In this document: positions 1 through 9,238 of the stretch, in pieces
How positions within the stretch are numbered: the stretch's first letter is position 1
Layout of the letters: the number at the start of each line of letters is the position of its first letter
Source of the DNA: a virus
Strand: one strand, 5' to 3'
Virus record (IMG/VR): IMGVR_UViG_3300043112_000040
Length of the DNA: 64,000 nt
Position numbers and translations under genes: made by a program
Notes under the pieces: model-generated
Database searches by the model: none
Told to the model about the DNA's origin: nothing
The model's input: the letters and a program-made list of their open reading frames with translations, nothing else

Positions 1-494
1 CGAAACGCAACAGAAGGAGCGCATCCGGCTTTCTTAAAATCCAAATATTTCTTGTAGGCGTAAGGAGCAAGATAAGTGTCAACTCCATTAAATGCTTGTG
101 CGCCAGAATAATCATTGGACTGACTACCAATGAAGTTGACCATGTGATTGATAGCAGAGTTAAAGTGCTTTGCTGGACCAGCCTCTACGCCCACGGAAAT
201 GCCAGTAGCAAGAAGATTTGGGAGTGAATTACCACAACAATAAGGAGTAGGAGTTCCCATGCCTAGATCGTGAATATGCACAATTCCTTTGTTGTGGAAA
301 TCAACAATTTCCTCAAACCCATTCTCTACCATTTCTTTTAATGTATTACGGCGAAGACCTTCACTACCAACCGACATAAGAAGACCCGATGGACCCTTAT
401 TCTGATTTGCGTTCTCCTTTGCAATATCTCCGTCTTCCATATATTCATTTATAATCTTACGGGCATCAATACGAACTTCTGAGCGTTTATTCAT
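1..494 (-). CDS. nrdD: Class III (anaerobic) ribonucleoside-triphosphate reductase, 5' part; runs off the window edge
   Basis: Manual translation gives MNKRSEVRIDARKIINEY...KENAN...HIHDLGMGTPTPYCCG...PAKHFNSAINHMVNF...SGAQAFNGVDTYLAPY, typical NrdD motifs. No ATP cone. Start overlaps the upstream ORF stop (ATGAATAA). Confidence 0.9.
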   Translation of the reverse strand, partial: MNKRSEVRIDARKIINEYMEDGDIAKENANQNKGPSGLLMSVGSEGLRRNTLKEMVENGFEEIVDFHNKGIVHIHDLGMGTPTPYCCGNSLPNLLATGISVGVEAGPAKHFNSAINHMVNFIGSQSNDYSGAQAFNGVDTYLAPYAYKKYLDFKKAGCAPSVAF

Positions 495-1194
495 TAGTGG
501 AGTATTCCTTATAATAGATTTTTAAATATGTAGATAGTTTTTGTTTTTTATTTTTATTTAACATATGTGGTAATAATTTATTTAAAAATATTTTATTACT
601 CTCTGTACTTTTACAACTTATTCTATAACAATTTCTATTTCCATGTTTTCTTATAGTAGATGGTACATACCATTCTTCAAGTAAGTTTTGAACGCACTCT
701 AGATATTCTTTGCTTCTGTGTGTTATTGCCCATATTAATCTTGGAGTAAGGGTATCCACACGATCTTCGATCTGAATATGTCCGTCTGCATCCAATAAAC
801 CAGCAATATATGGGATAGTATACTCAAAATTAATATTTTTAACTACTCTATCTTTCTTTTTACAAAAAATTCCATATTTATTAAATTTTTTAGAAAGTTT
901 ACTTTGAAATCGTAATTCATATACATCATTTATTGCATTAACCTTTTCACTGCTCTTTTTACCTAACTCGTAGATTGGTTTATTAGGAACCCAGTACTCT
1001 TTGAATTGCTGTATTATATGTTTTTCTGTAGAGGACACTAACATAAATGGAAACCCTCTATTTTCTATATATCCCCCATCACCAGCCAAATACCCAATAG
1101 TATAGGCTTCAAAATCATTAGTAATACTACTAAAGTTTCTAAAATAATATGTTTTTCCCCTGACAGTATGACTACTAAACTTTAATGTGTCCAT
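487..1194 (-). CDS. Free-standing LAGLIDADG homing endonuclease (two motifs)
   Basis: Motifs YTIGYLAGDGGY and YIAGLLDADGHI; has its own promoter. Confidence 0.85.
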   Translation of the reverse strand: MDTLKFSSHTVRGKTYYFRNFSSITNDFEAYTIGYLAGDGGYIENRGFPFMLVSSTEKHIIQQFKEYWVPNKPIYELGKKSSEKVNAINDVYELRFQSKLSKKFNKYGIFCKKKDRVVKNINFEYTIPYIAGLLDADGHIQIEDRVDTLTPRLIWAITHRSKEYLECVQNLLEEWYVPSTIRKHGNRNCYRISCKSTESNKIFLNKLLPHMLNKNKKQKLSTYLKIYYKEYSTNE

Positions 1195-1236
1195 TTTTGA
1201 TGTACCCTTATGTTATAGATTTAACCAATAATCGAG

Positions 1237-1265
1237 ATTATAACATAATGATATTAAAATGTCAA
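1237..1265 (-). promoter_or_regulatory. sigma70 promoter for the LAGLIDADG gene and nrdD
   Basis: TTGACA-N17-TATAAT on the minus strand. Confidence 0.8.
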
Positions 1266-1456
1266 TAGTTTTTACGCCAATATTTTATATTTTTTTAATT
1301 TATATATTGGAAAGTTCTATAATTTACGCCAAAACCACTACTCCAATATGGTATTAAAAGATTAATTAGAAGGGGAAAGAAATGCCTCTTATTTTAACCC
1401 GAACGAGTAAAGCCCATTCCATTGGTATAAGAGGCATTTTCTTAAAGTGAGATTAG

Positions 1457-1485
1457 ATTATAACAAAAAACAATATGGTTGTCAA
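1457..1485 (-). promoter_or_regulatory. sigma70 promoter followed by a hairpin rather than an ORF
   Basis: TTGACA-N17-TATAAT on the minus strand. Confidence 0.75.
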
Positions 1486-1493
1486 GGATTATA

Positions 1494-1976
1494 TTAGTCC
1501 TTCCCCGTACTACCAAACCCGCCCCGATTTTCACCAGAAAGATGTTCTACTTCAACAATATCAACATTCTTCATAGGCTCCATGATACGGAATTGACAAA
1601 TCCTATCTCCCTTCTTGATTTCTCCTTTGCGAAGAGAAAAACAAGGCCAATGCCATACATCATCTTCGCCACAATAACTGGAATCGACAACTCCCATGTG
1701 GTTTGTTTGAATAAGGCCATAATTCTTGAAGGTAGAGGACCGGGGAACAATATATGCTTCATTACCATTCAGATCAATTGAAACACCAAGATCAAACATC
1801 ATAAAAGAATTAGCCGCATACTTAAATACTTCGCCCTTGCTGAAATCAAAGGTCTTCCATTTGTTTCCGACTTGATACTTGATTTTGGAAACCCTTAGAT
1901 CAATCCAGTTTCCCTTTTCAGTCTGCTCAATCTTTGGTAAGTCTTTGTCGTGATATAATACTTTAATCTTGTTCAT
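1494..1976 (-). CDS. dut: Trimeric dUTPase
   Basis: IVPRSS, GVVDSSYCG, GDRICQ and C-terminal RGGFGSTG motifs. Confidence 0.93.
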   Translation of the reverse strand: MNKIKVLYHDKDLPKIEQTEKGNWIDLRVSKIKYQVGNKWKTFDFSKGEVFKYAANSFMMFDLGVSIDLNGNEAYIVPRSSTFKNYGLIQTNHMGVVDSSYCGEDDVWHWPCFSLRKGEIKKGDRICQFRIMEPMKNVDIVEVEHLSGENRGGFGSTGKD

Positions 1977-2203
1977 TTACTGTTTTTGTCCTATCATATT
2001 TTTAAAATTATCATTCAGTAGAGTATTTAATTTACGTTGACAGTCTCTACAAAAATCTGTATATGTAAGTGTACCACCATACCAAACATCAATAACAAGT
2101 TTTGTTGGTGCGCTTGAACAAGATTCTGACGCAACTAAACAATCGGCGTGTTCCTTACCACACAAATCACAAATAGTTTTATTGATTGTTAGTGTTTTTT
2201 TCA
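1977..2203 (-). CDS. Small hypothetical protein with CxxC pairs
   Basis: ICDLCGK...FCRDCQ; probable start MKKTL. Confidence 0.55.
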
Positions 2204-2487
2204 TTCTTCTCCCCCTGTTCCTTATGAAGTTGAATAAAATAATCTCGTAAACCATACTTATTATGATTAATACATTCCTTAATAGAATCTACTAGACTTT
2301 CCCCCACTACCCCGCCTGTATTAATGGAATCAACAAACCGTATCTTATCTAGTTCCTGCTCTAGTAGTCCAACAATACATCTATGTGCTTCGTCTAATAT
2401 ATACATTGTTTCGATACAGTCACATTCGTATAGATAATCACGAACAGATTTAACTAATTGTTCAATAAGTCTAAGACTACGCTCCAT
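2179..2487 (-). CDS. Hypothetical protein
   Basis: ORF tightly packed in the operon. Confidence 0.55.
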   Translation of the reverse strand: MERSLRLIEQLVKSVRDYLYECDCIETMYILDEAHRCIVGLLEQELDKIRFVDSINTGGVVGESLVDSIKECINHNKYGLRDYFIQLHKEQGEKNEKNTNNQ

Positions 2488-2860
2488 TCTTTATCTTCTC
2501 CTTCTGTTCCTGCAAATAAATAACTGCCGCGCAACTATAAACAATAGCACCTAGAATCTCCTTGATAGCGGCGTCATACCCAATCAGGTCAATCAGAGTA
2601 TGTGATTCCCGCAATTTCTTCTCTGCCTGTCCTGTACTATGTCCCAAACCATGCGCCCTTGTGGTTTCCATGATAGGTTGCTTTTCAAACGGAATCTGAC
2701 CGGAAGGATTGTGTCGTTCCTTGCCCTTTCCATTGGCAGACTGATCATAGGCCATGTCAAGAACTTCACGGAGTTTTTTGAATGGGTCTTTATCCTGTCC
2801 TACATACTCGTTAAGGACTTTATCAAAATCTACTTTATTAACAGCATAATATAGGGCCAT
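2477..2860 (-). CDS. Conserved phage hypothetical protein
   Basis: GKGKERH...QPI...GQAEKK pattern; operon packing. Confidence 0.6.
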   Translation of the reverse strand: MALYYAVNKVDFDKVLNEYVGQDKDPFKKLREVLDMAYDQSANGKGKERHNPSGQIPFEKQPIMETTRAHGLGHSTGQAEKKLRESHTLIDLIGYDAAIKEILGAIVYSCAAVIYLQEQKEKIKNGA

Positions 2861-2861
2861 A

Positions 2862-3770
2862 CTACTCTCCTACAAAAATATTTACAGAATCACCAACAAC
2901 CTTAAACAAAGCATCCAAAGCAATCATGCGTTGTTCCACTTCTTCACTTTGTTCATCCTCTTCCACAATCATGGCTTCATCAACAAATCCATAAATAGAA
3001 TCAAAGTTTTTCATCTTGAACGAAGCATCATAATTCTTCATAACGAACTCAACTTCACTAAAAGAATAAACCTTTTCCAAAAGACTGTCAACCATTGATT
3101 CATCATCTACCCCGGCGAATTGTACCTTTCCCTCGCCATTGGCATCAATGAGCTTGTTATCGTTGCCAACAGAAATAAGATATTTCTCTTTGTTTCGATT
3201 ATCCCAAACATCAACAGCGAAGTGATGGAAATCTGTTTCATCTAGCTTTTCTGTGATAGGATATTCTTCAAAGTTATCAATAATCAGATTTTCAAGTTCT
3301 TCAATATCCTTCTTGCTAGTAGAAGAAATATAGCCATACCCATCTGTTTTATTGATATATACATCCAGATACTTTGGAATCGCTGGCATGTCCTTTAGCA
3401 GTTTGTTTTTGATAGCATTTTTAAGTTCTCGCTTCATATCCTTTGAAGGTTTATACTCTACAACTTCACCAGAATATTCATCAATTGTTTCATTCTGCTT
3501 GATAATCTTCTTGAGTTGTTTTTCAAATTCCTTGTTAAGTAAAGTACCTGGAACAGATCGTTTATCAATCCTAAGTTTGAGGGCAAGAATTTCTTTTCCA
3601 TTAGGATATGAATAGGAAGGAGTGATAGTAGAGCCTTCATATTCTTTTGTAAAATAATCAACAAATCCAGAACAAATCTCTGCACCCTCTACTGGAAAGA
3701 AAGCCTTGAATTTGTTGCTGTCATTGTCAAAATATCGAAACCGCGTGACGTTATTCTTCTTTCCAAACAT
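2862..3770 (-). CDS. rdgC: RdgC-like recombination-associated protein
   Basis: LRIDKRSVPG...ELKNAIKNKLL segment and ~300 aa length resemble RdgC. Confidence 0.6.
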   Translation of the reverse strand: MFGKKNNVTRFRYFDNDSNKFKAFFPVEGAEICSGFVDYFTKEYEGSTITPSYSYPNGKEILALKLRIDKRSVPGTLLNKEFEKQLKKIIKQNETIDEYSGEVVEYKPSKDMKRELKNAIKNKLLKDMPAIPKYLDVYINKTDGYGYISSTSKKDIEELENLIIDNFEEYPITEKLDETDFHHFAVDVWDNRNKEKYLISVGNDNKLIDANGEGKVQFAGVDDESMVDSLLEKVYSFSEVEFVMKNYDASFKMKNFDSIYGFVDEAMIVEEDEQSEEVEQRMIALDALFKVVGDSVNIFVGE

Positions 3771-3940
3771 AATTTTAATTGTTTTCCTTTTCTACTCTTT
3801 CTACTTTTTCTTTGTTACACCAACTGCACAAATATGCTTTCTTTTTACTATAATCCTCTCCATCTACATAACTATAATAATAAATATAATTATGTTTATC
3901 AAACTTACATAGAGTTTTAGACTTAATCCAATCTACAAAA

Positions 3941-4555
3941 TCATGCCAAATGCTCATTATTAATAAACTCCTTAACCAATTTACCATTTTCAATCACAAA
4001 GTTTTTATCACTTCCATCAATAAAATCTGGAATATGTGAAACCATAATAACCTGAATACCAAGTTTATTAGAAAGCATCTTGATCATCTCAACCGCCTTT
4101 GGAACAAGGTCTTTGGAAAGAAAACGCATAGGTTCGTCAAAGATCATAACCTTTCTGGTCTTTCTTAGATTCCAAAAACTAATACGCAGGGCAAAGGAAG
4201 TAATGTCTAACAGCCCTCCACCAGAAGATGAAATGGGTTTGATCTTTTCGTTGTTCTTGATAAACCAAAAATCTGCTTCTGTTTTTCCCCTACGCTCCAC
4301 AAACTCAACCTTAAATTGAATGTCCTCTTCAAACACAGAAACAATGGCAGTAGTTACAATTGAAGAAATATGATACTCAAGCTGCTGTTGAGTCTTTCTC
4401 CCTGTGTCTTGAATTAGTGCTCTGGCCTTTAAGGAACTCTCATAGAAACGCTTTAAGTCGATTAATTGACCTTGGATAGCCTCGGACTGTTTTAGAAGCA
4501 AATCTCGCTCTGATTTGCTTGAATATATCTTTTCTTTTAATGATTGGATGTTCAT
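3941..4555 (-). CDS. sbcC: SbcC/Rad50/gp46-like ATPase, C-terminal half
   Basis: ABC signature SSSGGG, Walker B VMIFDEP, H-loop VSH; no Walker A. Confidence 0.88.
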   Translation of the reverse strand: MNIQSLKEKIYSSKSERDLLLKQSEAIQGQLIDLKRFYESSLKARALIQDTGRKTQQQLEYHISSIVTTAIVSVFEEDIQFKVEFVERRGKTEADFWFIKNNEKIKPISSSGGGLLDITSFALRISFWNLRKTRKVMIFDEPMRFLSKDLVPKAVEMIKMLSNKLGIQVIMVSHIPDFIDGSDKNFVIENGKLVKEFINNEHLA

Positions 4556-4558
4556 GTT

Positions 4559-4786
4559 TTATATTTCTACAATTTTTGCTTTTCTATTAATAAATTTTGA
4601 CCATAAACCAGGATCAACATCTAAAGGAATAAGAATAGATTGTAATACTTCTTGTACTACGTAATCCCAATTTTCAATCTTATATTTATATCTATCATCA
4701 GTAGTAACCCCGTCTTTTTGAAACTTTGTTACGGCATACATATCACCAGTAAGGGACTTTGCTACATTACATTTTTTGTCAGACAT
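4559..4786 (-). CDS. Hypothetical protein
   Basis: ORF with RBS (aggggga) in the operon. Confidence 0.6.
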   Translation of the reverse strand: MSDKKCNVAKSLTGDMYAVTKFQKDGVTTDDRYKYKIENWDYVVQEVLQSILIPLDVDPGLWSKFINRKAKIVEI

Positions 4787-4807
4787 ATTTAGTTCCCCTA
4801 TATTTAT

Positions 4808-5065
4808 TTAATCCAAAATATCATCAGGAATCATTTCAATAAGACTATTGTATTTGATTTCAAGTTCCTTTTCCATTTCTGCTTTGTTTGTTTCCATTTC
4901 CTTTAACTTTCGCTTGGCCTCTCGGATAGAATCAACCTCAAACTCTTCCTTGAGTCGCTTCATAATGGTTGCTTCTTCGCCCTCAAGTCTTGCTCGTTTC
5001 TGTTCTTGTTCTTTGATAGCCTTGGAAATAGAATCAAGCTCTCTGATAATCTTTTGTGTGTCCAT
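4808..5065 (-). CDS. Small coiled-coil protein
   Basis: Heptad-rich charged 85 aa ORF with RBS. Confidence 0.7.
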   Translation of the reverse strand: MDTQKIIRELDSISKAIKEQEQKRARLEGEEATIMKRLKEEFEVDSIREAKRKLKEMETNKAEMEKELEIKYNSLIEMIPDDILD

Positions 5066-5083
5066 GTTTAAATATAGCTCCTT

Positions 5084-5989
5084 TTAAAAAATCTTATCAA
5101 TTACAGAACAAAGATATGTGTTGTCTAAATTCCAATCTGGTTCCTTTTCCTGCTTGCGCTTTAATGCTTCTACAAAATCCATAAAATAAGCAGAATCCAC
5201 TCCAATAAGTTGATCTTCAAGAACCTCAAAATCATTCAAATCAAGTTGACTTAGTTGATACATCATTTTCAGGTATTGTCCTGCATTAATATGCCAACCT
5301 CGCTTGATAAATTTACGAGTACGAATAACAGAACAAAGGGGATACTCGGAACCACAATAATAAAGTTGTTTGCTAAGAAGAGATTCCAGTGCCTTATTAT
5401 TTGTTACTACTTTATTATCCCAACTCGTCCAATAATTTGTAGCATGAACAAAATCATAAGTTTTGTGAATATCTTCTGGTTCCCCATAAAACCTAATCAC
5501 GCATTGAATTTTATTGGCAAGAGTAATAGCATTTGGAGAAAGAAAGATAGGACGATATTTTTCACCTTTTTCTTCCAATAGTTCTTCTGAAACTTCGTCG
5601 GCATCAGAAATCACATCATAGACATCCTCAAAAGGTTGTTCAAGAATTGTATTATCTTCGGAAGACACTCCCTGAGACTTTACAAAAATCTTAATACGGC
5701 CTTCTGTTTTTGAATCCTCATTAGTGTCTTGAACTTCAATTAGATGTCTCTGTTCATTCTTCATTTTAAACTTATGAATATAATACTCTGCAACAGCCTT
5801 TGCGGTTTCTTTATTGCGAAAATAAACATCAAAATCCTTCACCTGTTCTTTAAGCAGCATAGAAGCAATTGCGCCACCTGTAAGGATAGTATTATTCTCT
5901 ACCAGCTTACGGGTTTTTTCACAATCAATAGTAGAAATCCATTCATTGAACTTCTTGTGGATAACTTTTTTAATTGTCTTTGTATTCAT
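5084..5989 (-). CDS. Pol-beta-superfamily nucleotidyltransferase-like protein
   Basis: hTGG-x10-DFDV motif (ILTGGAIASMLLKEQVKDFDVYF). Confidence 0.6.
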   Translation of the reverse strand: MNTKTIKKVIHKKFNEWISTIDCEKTRKLVENNTILTGGAIASMLLKEQVKDFDVYFRNKETAKAVAEYYIHKFKMKNEQRHLIEVQDTNEDSKTEGRIKIFVKSQGVSSEDNTILEQPFEDVYDVISDADEVSEELLEEKGEKYRPIFLSPNAITLANKIQCVIRFYGEPEDIHKTYDFVHATNYWTSWDNKVVTNNKALESLLSKQLYYCGSEYPLCSVIRTRKFIKRGWHINAGQYLKMMYQLSQLDLNDFEVLEDQLIGVDSAYFMDFVEALKRKQEKEPDWNLDNTYLCSVIDKIF

Positions 5990-5992
5990 TTC

Positions 5993-6907
5993 CTAATTCT
6001 CCTCAACACATTCCTTTAAAATTTGCATAACCTCTTCATCTGCCTCAACATTAGAAGCACTCTGCCACAGATTAGAAGTAAAGTCAAGAAGAATCTCAGT
6101 TTCAGAATCAAATCCATTCACAAAAGAAGCGATCTTTTCGTCAACCATCTTCTTGTCATCGTGGGCCTCTTTATCAATAACCAGATGTGGCTTCTTAATC
6201 GGAATTTCAATAGTCTCAACTTCTTTAGTGTCAGTATCAAAGACATAAAAAGCTGGAACATGATCAAATTGATCTACACTTGAACGCATAATAGAGCCGC
6301 AGTTATACAGCCGTTGCTTGTTCATTGGCGTGGATACTTGAAATCGTTTATGGTTGTGACCGGAGAAGACCAAGTGGTATGGAAATTCTTTTAAGAAGTC
6401 CTTGCCAGTGTACCATTTCTCATTTGTTGGGAAATTAATTGGTTTTTCACTAATACCAGTATGAGTAATCAATACATTATAACCATCGGGAAGGTCGGTT
6501 GGTATTTCTTCTCCGTAGTGTGAAAATATAATATTTACGTCACCATATTTTAAGTTATTTGTTTTTATAAGTCCAGTATTCTCTAGCAAGGAGAATGTGG
6601 TGTTTGTAGATTCCTTATCCCTCAAGAGGAGGTCATGGTTTCCGTACACTGAATTGAACCCAATACTGACGAAAGGAGTTGTTAATCCTTTAAGCAGTCC
6701 TGTTACTCTGTTGATGAAGTGAATTGGATGTTGTGGAGTTTCAAATACATCCCCTACACAAATAAACTCACTCACACCATGATTGATTCCATAATCAAAG
6801 ATCCAATTTAATTTTTTAAATTGTTCTTCAACATAATCTCCATCCATTCTGCAACGGGGTGTAGTGTTCCTTAGATGAATGTCGCCTAAAATCCCAATTT
6901 TACTCAT
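5993..6907 (-). CDS. sbcD: SbcD/Mre11/gp47-like metallophosphoesterase nuclease
   Basis: GDIHL, VGDVF, GNHD, ITH and SGHNH motifs; lies between the sbcC halves. Confidence 0.88.
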   Translation of the reverse strand: MSKIGILGDIHLRNTTPRCRMDGDYVEEQFKKLNWIFDYGINHGVSEFICVGDVFETPQHPIHFINRVTGLLKGLTTPFVSIGFNSVYGNHDLLLRDKESTNTTFSLLENTGLIKTNNLKYGDVNIIFSHYGEEIPTDLPDGYNVLITHTGISEKPINFPTNEKWYTGKDFLKEFPYHLVFSGHNHKRFQVSTPMNKQRLYNCGSIMRSSVDQFDHVPAFYVFDTDTKEVETIEIPIKKPHLVIDKEAHDDKKMVDEKIASFVNGFDSETEILLDFTSNLWQSASNVEADEEVMQILKECVEEN

Positions 6908-6918
6908 TATTTTTATCC

Positions 6919-7641
6919 TTATTGATCAACATAATCGGGTTCATGTTTTAGAATATATTCAAGGGCAGTAGACCTATACATATATTTATCAAAACCATAT
7001 TTTATCTCGGCACTTCGTCTGGCCTTTGCAGCTTCTAATTTGGTTATATATCCACCTAAGTAATACACTTTTCTATCTACCATTATTCTAGCACAATATT
7101 TAAGATTTTTGGACTGTGTGTGATTAACTCCGGTGATTCCTGTTGTGGAGTTTGATTGTAGCCCAATATTTATAGCATTACCCTGCTGAGAAATTACTCT
7201 AAGATTTTCTATTCTATTATCACTTTTAATACCATTAATATGATCTAAGTTCTTTTCTGGAAACTCATCATATACATATGCCCATATCAATCTATGAACT
7301 TTATACCACCTACCTTTATATAACAATACAATATACCCATCTTTATCTGAACTGCCTACCATCTTTCCAGCAATATTTTTATTTAAACAAGTTTCTTTCC
7401 AGTATAATATACCAGAAGAGTAATCATAATTAAATAAACTTTTTATATCTTCGCACGTAAGTGGATTTTCAGTATTTAATTTAACTAGGCGTTCTTCCTC
7501 ATAACATTTTTTACATCTAGGACGTTTCCCATTCACTCCTAATCTATGTTGGCTAAATTCGTCCCATAGTTTATATTCACCACATTTATTACATACTCTT
7601 CCTAACTCATCATAGTAATATCCATTTCTATTATAACTCAT
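6919..7641 (-). CDS. HNH homing endonuclease (N-terminal Zn finger, HNH_3, AP2-like C-terminus); cassette 1
   Basis: MSYN...CNKCG...EF...RCKKC, then HRLIW...LDHINGIKSDNRIENLR and YLGGY...AAKARR. Confidence 0.85.
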   Translation of the reverse strand: MSYNRNGYYYDELGRVCNKCGEYKLWDEFSQHRLGVNGKRPRCKKCYEEERLVKLNTENPLTCEDIKSLFNYDYSSGILYWKETCLNKNIAGKMVGSSDKDGYIVLLYKGRWYKVHRLIWAYVYDEFPEKNLDHINGIKSDNRIENLRVISQQGNAINIGLQSNSTTGITGVNHTQSKNLKYCARIMVDRKVYYLGGYITKLEAAKARRSAEIKYGFDKYMYRSTALEYILKHEPDYVDQ

Positions 7642-7670
7642 ATCAATAATTCCTTTACCAACACCATCAA

Positions 7671-7877
7671 TCAATTCTGATCTTCTGCAAACCTTTCATA
7701 AAGAGATTTAGTTTCCTGTTCCAATTGCATGAATTTTTGAACAACCCCAAAAGAGAGGTCATTCACATCACTATAAATCCACGCTGTAATTGTTTGGCGG
7801 GATTTACCAAAAATATCCACCAACATCGGTTGACGAAGATATTTATGAATAAATGGTGTTGAATCTTTAAGTGTCAT
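7671..7877 (-). CDS. Small HTH protein (cassette family A)
   Basis: QPMLVDIFGKSRQTITAW HTH-like segment; paralog of 20392 and 57524; GGAG RBS. Confidence 0.75.
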   Translation of the reverse strand: MTLKDSTPFIHKYLRQPMLVDIFGKSRQTITAWIYSDVNDLSFGVVQKFMQLEQETKSLYERFAEDQN

Positions 7878-7900
7878 AGTGTTCTCCATATGATGACGAG

Positions 7901-7929
7901 AGTATAACATTATTAAACCAGTTTGTCAA
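7901..7929 (-). promoter_or_regulatory. sigma70 promoter of cassette 1
   Basis: TTGACA-N17-TATACT. Confidence 0.75.
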
Positions 7930-7953
7930 GTCTTTTTTACTGGTTTGTTGAAT

Positions 7954-9234
7954 TTATTTCTTGTCCTTAATGTATTTACTAAGAAATTCAGCAACACAAC
8001 CTTCTTCCTTATCAAACACAAATCCGGTTGCCATACGATTCCCTTTAACATATCCTTTTTGAGTATGCCAGAAATCGCTTGCGGTAAGAGAAGGAAGAAC
8101 TTTAACCTCGACTCCATTAAAGGTGTCACCATCTGTATATTTAGTAACACGCTTCTTATGAAGGTGTCCAATATGCCACTGCATGAAGTCTACCTTGGCC
8201 CAATCCTCCTGCGCCTCTCTTGCCATAAGTAGTGGTAATTTATCATGTTTTTCTTGGTCCCCATGTGAAAACCCGATTAGTGTCTTACCATATCGGTAAT
8301 ACTTACGAGGAGTAGGATCATTATTTACATTAACGTGTTTGTCATTCCTATACCATGCAGATAAATATTCTCCAAGATAAAAACCTACCGTTCTATCATG
8401 GTTTGACTGCACAACAATAACATCCACATCCGCACATTTCCGCAATAAGTCAATAGTTTGAACAAGAATCCTACTCGCTGTAGTATATAACTTAGTCCAC
8501 CTACTATCGGTATCCTGCCGAGTTCCGCTTGTTGTCTCTGGAATAGCACCATCATATTGAAGAAAATCCTGACCTACTGGAAAAAGAATCTTTTCAATAT
8601 TAAGGTGGCTGGCCTTTGCAAGTAAATCATAGATTGCCTCCATAAATAATTCTTCCGCAATCTTTAGATCATATGATTCTCCTGTTTCCGCAGCATAGCA
8701 AAGTTTACCCAGGTGCATGTCGAATAAAGCAATCTCATACATAACAGGCTTTTTCTTTGAATCATTCTTTCGGACAATGGGAGTATACTTATTCTTCTCC
8801 CCCATCATCTTATATTGTTCCTTAATAATATCCAGTGTAATATCAGGAACCATCTTCTTGAAAACAATCTTGGTCTGCTCATTGACAAAGGGAACAACTT
8901 CCCCATCTTCATTCTTGAAAGGAGTTGTCCATTCATTCTGAGAAATAGATTGAATTGCCCAGAACCGCTTATCTAGGTTATACTTTTCAAACAGTTCATC
9001 TTCTGTTTCATATTTATCAGAAGTGTAGGCAGTAAGATTATTCTCAGTTTCAACTACTTTGTCTTTTTGTTTCTTGTTCTGCGTATCTGCTTTTTCAATA
9101 TATGTATTTAGTTTATTATAATACGAATCGATAACCCTACGAACAGAAGTTCTTGGAAGTCCTAGCTCTCTCGCTGTTCCGGCCTTGGTTCCAATCTTTT
9201 TATATGTTTCAATGATTTTATTTTTTAGGTTCAT
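7954..9234 (-). CDS. Metallophosphoesterase with N-terminal HTH
   Basis: N-terminal TARELGLPRTSVRR; DMHLG, GQD, SNHD, SHGD and GHLH motifs. Confidence 0.8.
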   Translation of the reverse strand: MNLKNKIIETYKKIGTKAGTARELGLPRTSVRRVIDSYYNKLNTYIEKADTQNKKQKDKVVETENNLTAYTSDKYETEDELFEKYNLDKRFWAIQSISQNEWTTPFKNEDGEVVPFVNEQTKIVFKKMVPDITLDIIKEQYKMMGEKNKYTPIVRKNDSKKKPVMYEIALFDMHLGKLCYAAETGESYDLKIAEELFMEAIYDLLAKASHLNIEKILFPVGQDFLQYDGAIPETTSGTRQDTDSRWTKLYTTASRILVQTIDLLRKCADVDVIVVQSNHDRTVGFYLGEYLSAWYRNDKHVNVNNDPTPRKYYRYGKTLIGFSHGDQEKHDKLPLLMAREAQEDWAKVDFMQWHIGHLHKKRVTKYTDGDTFNGVEVKVLPSLTASDFWHTQKGYVKGNRMATGFVFDKEEGCVAEFLSKYIKDKK

Positions 9235-9238
9235 AATT

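Noticed and set aside
1381-1438. tRNA gene
   Set aside because: Too short, and no D or T arms.
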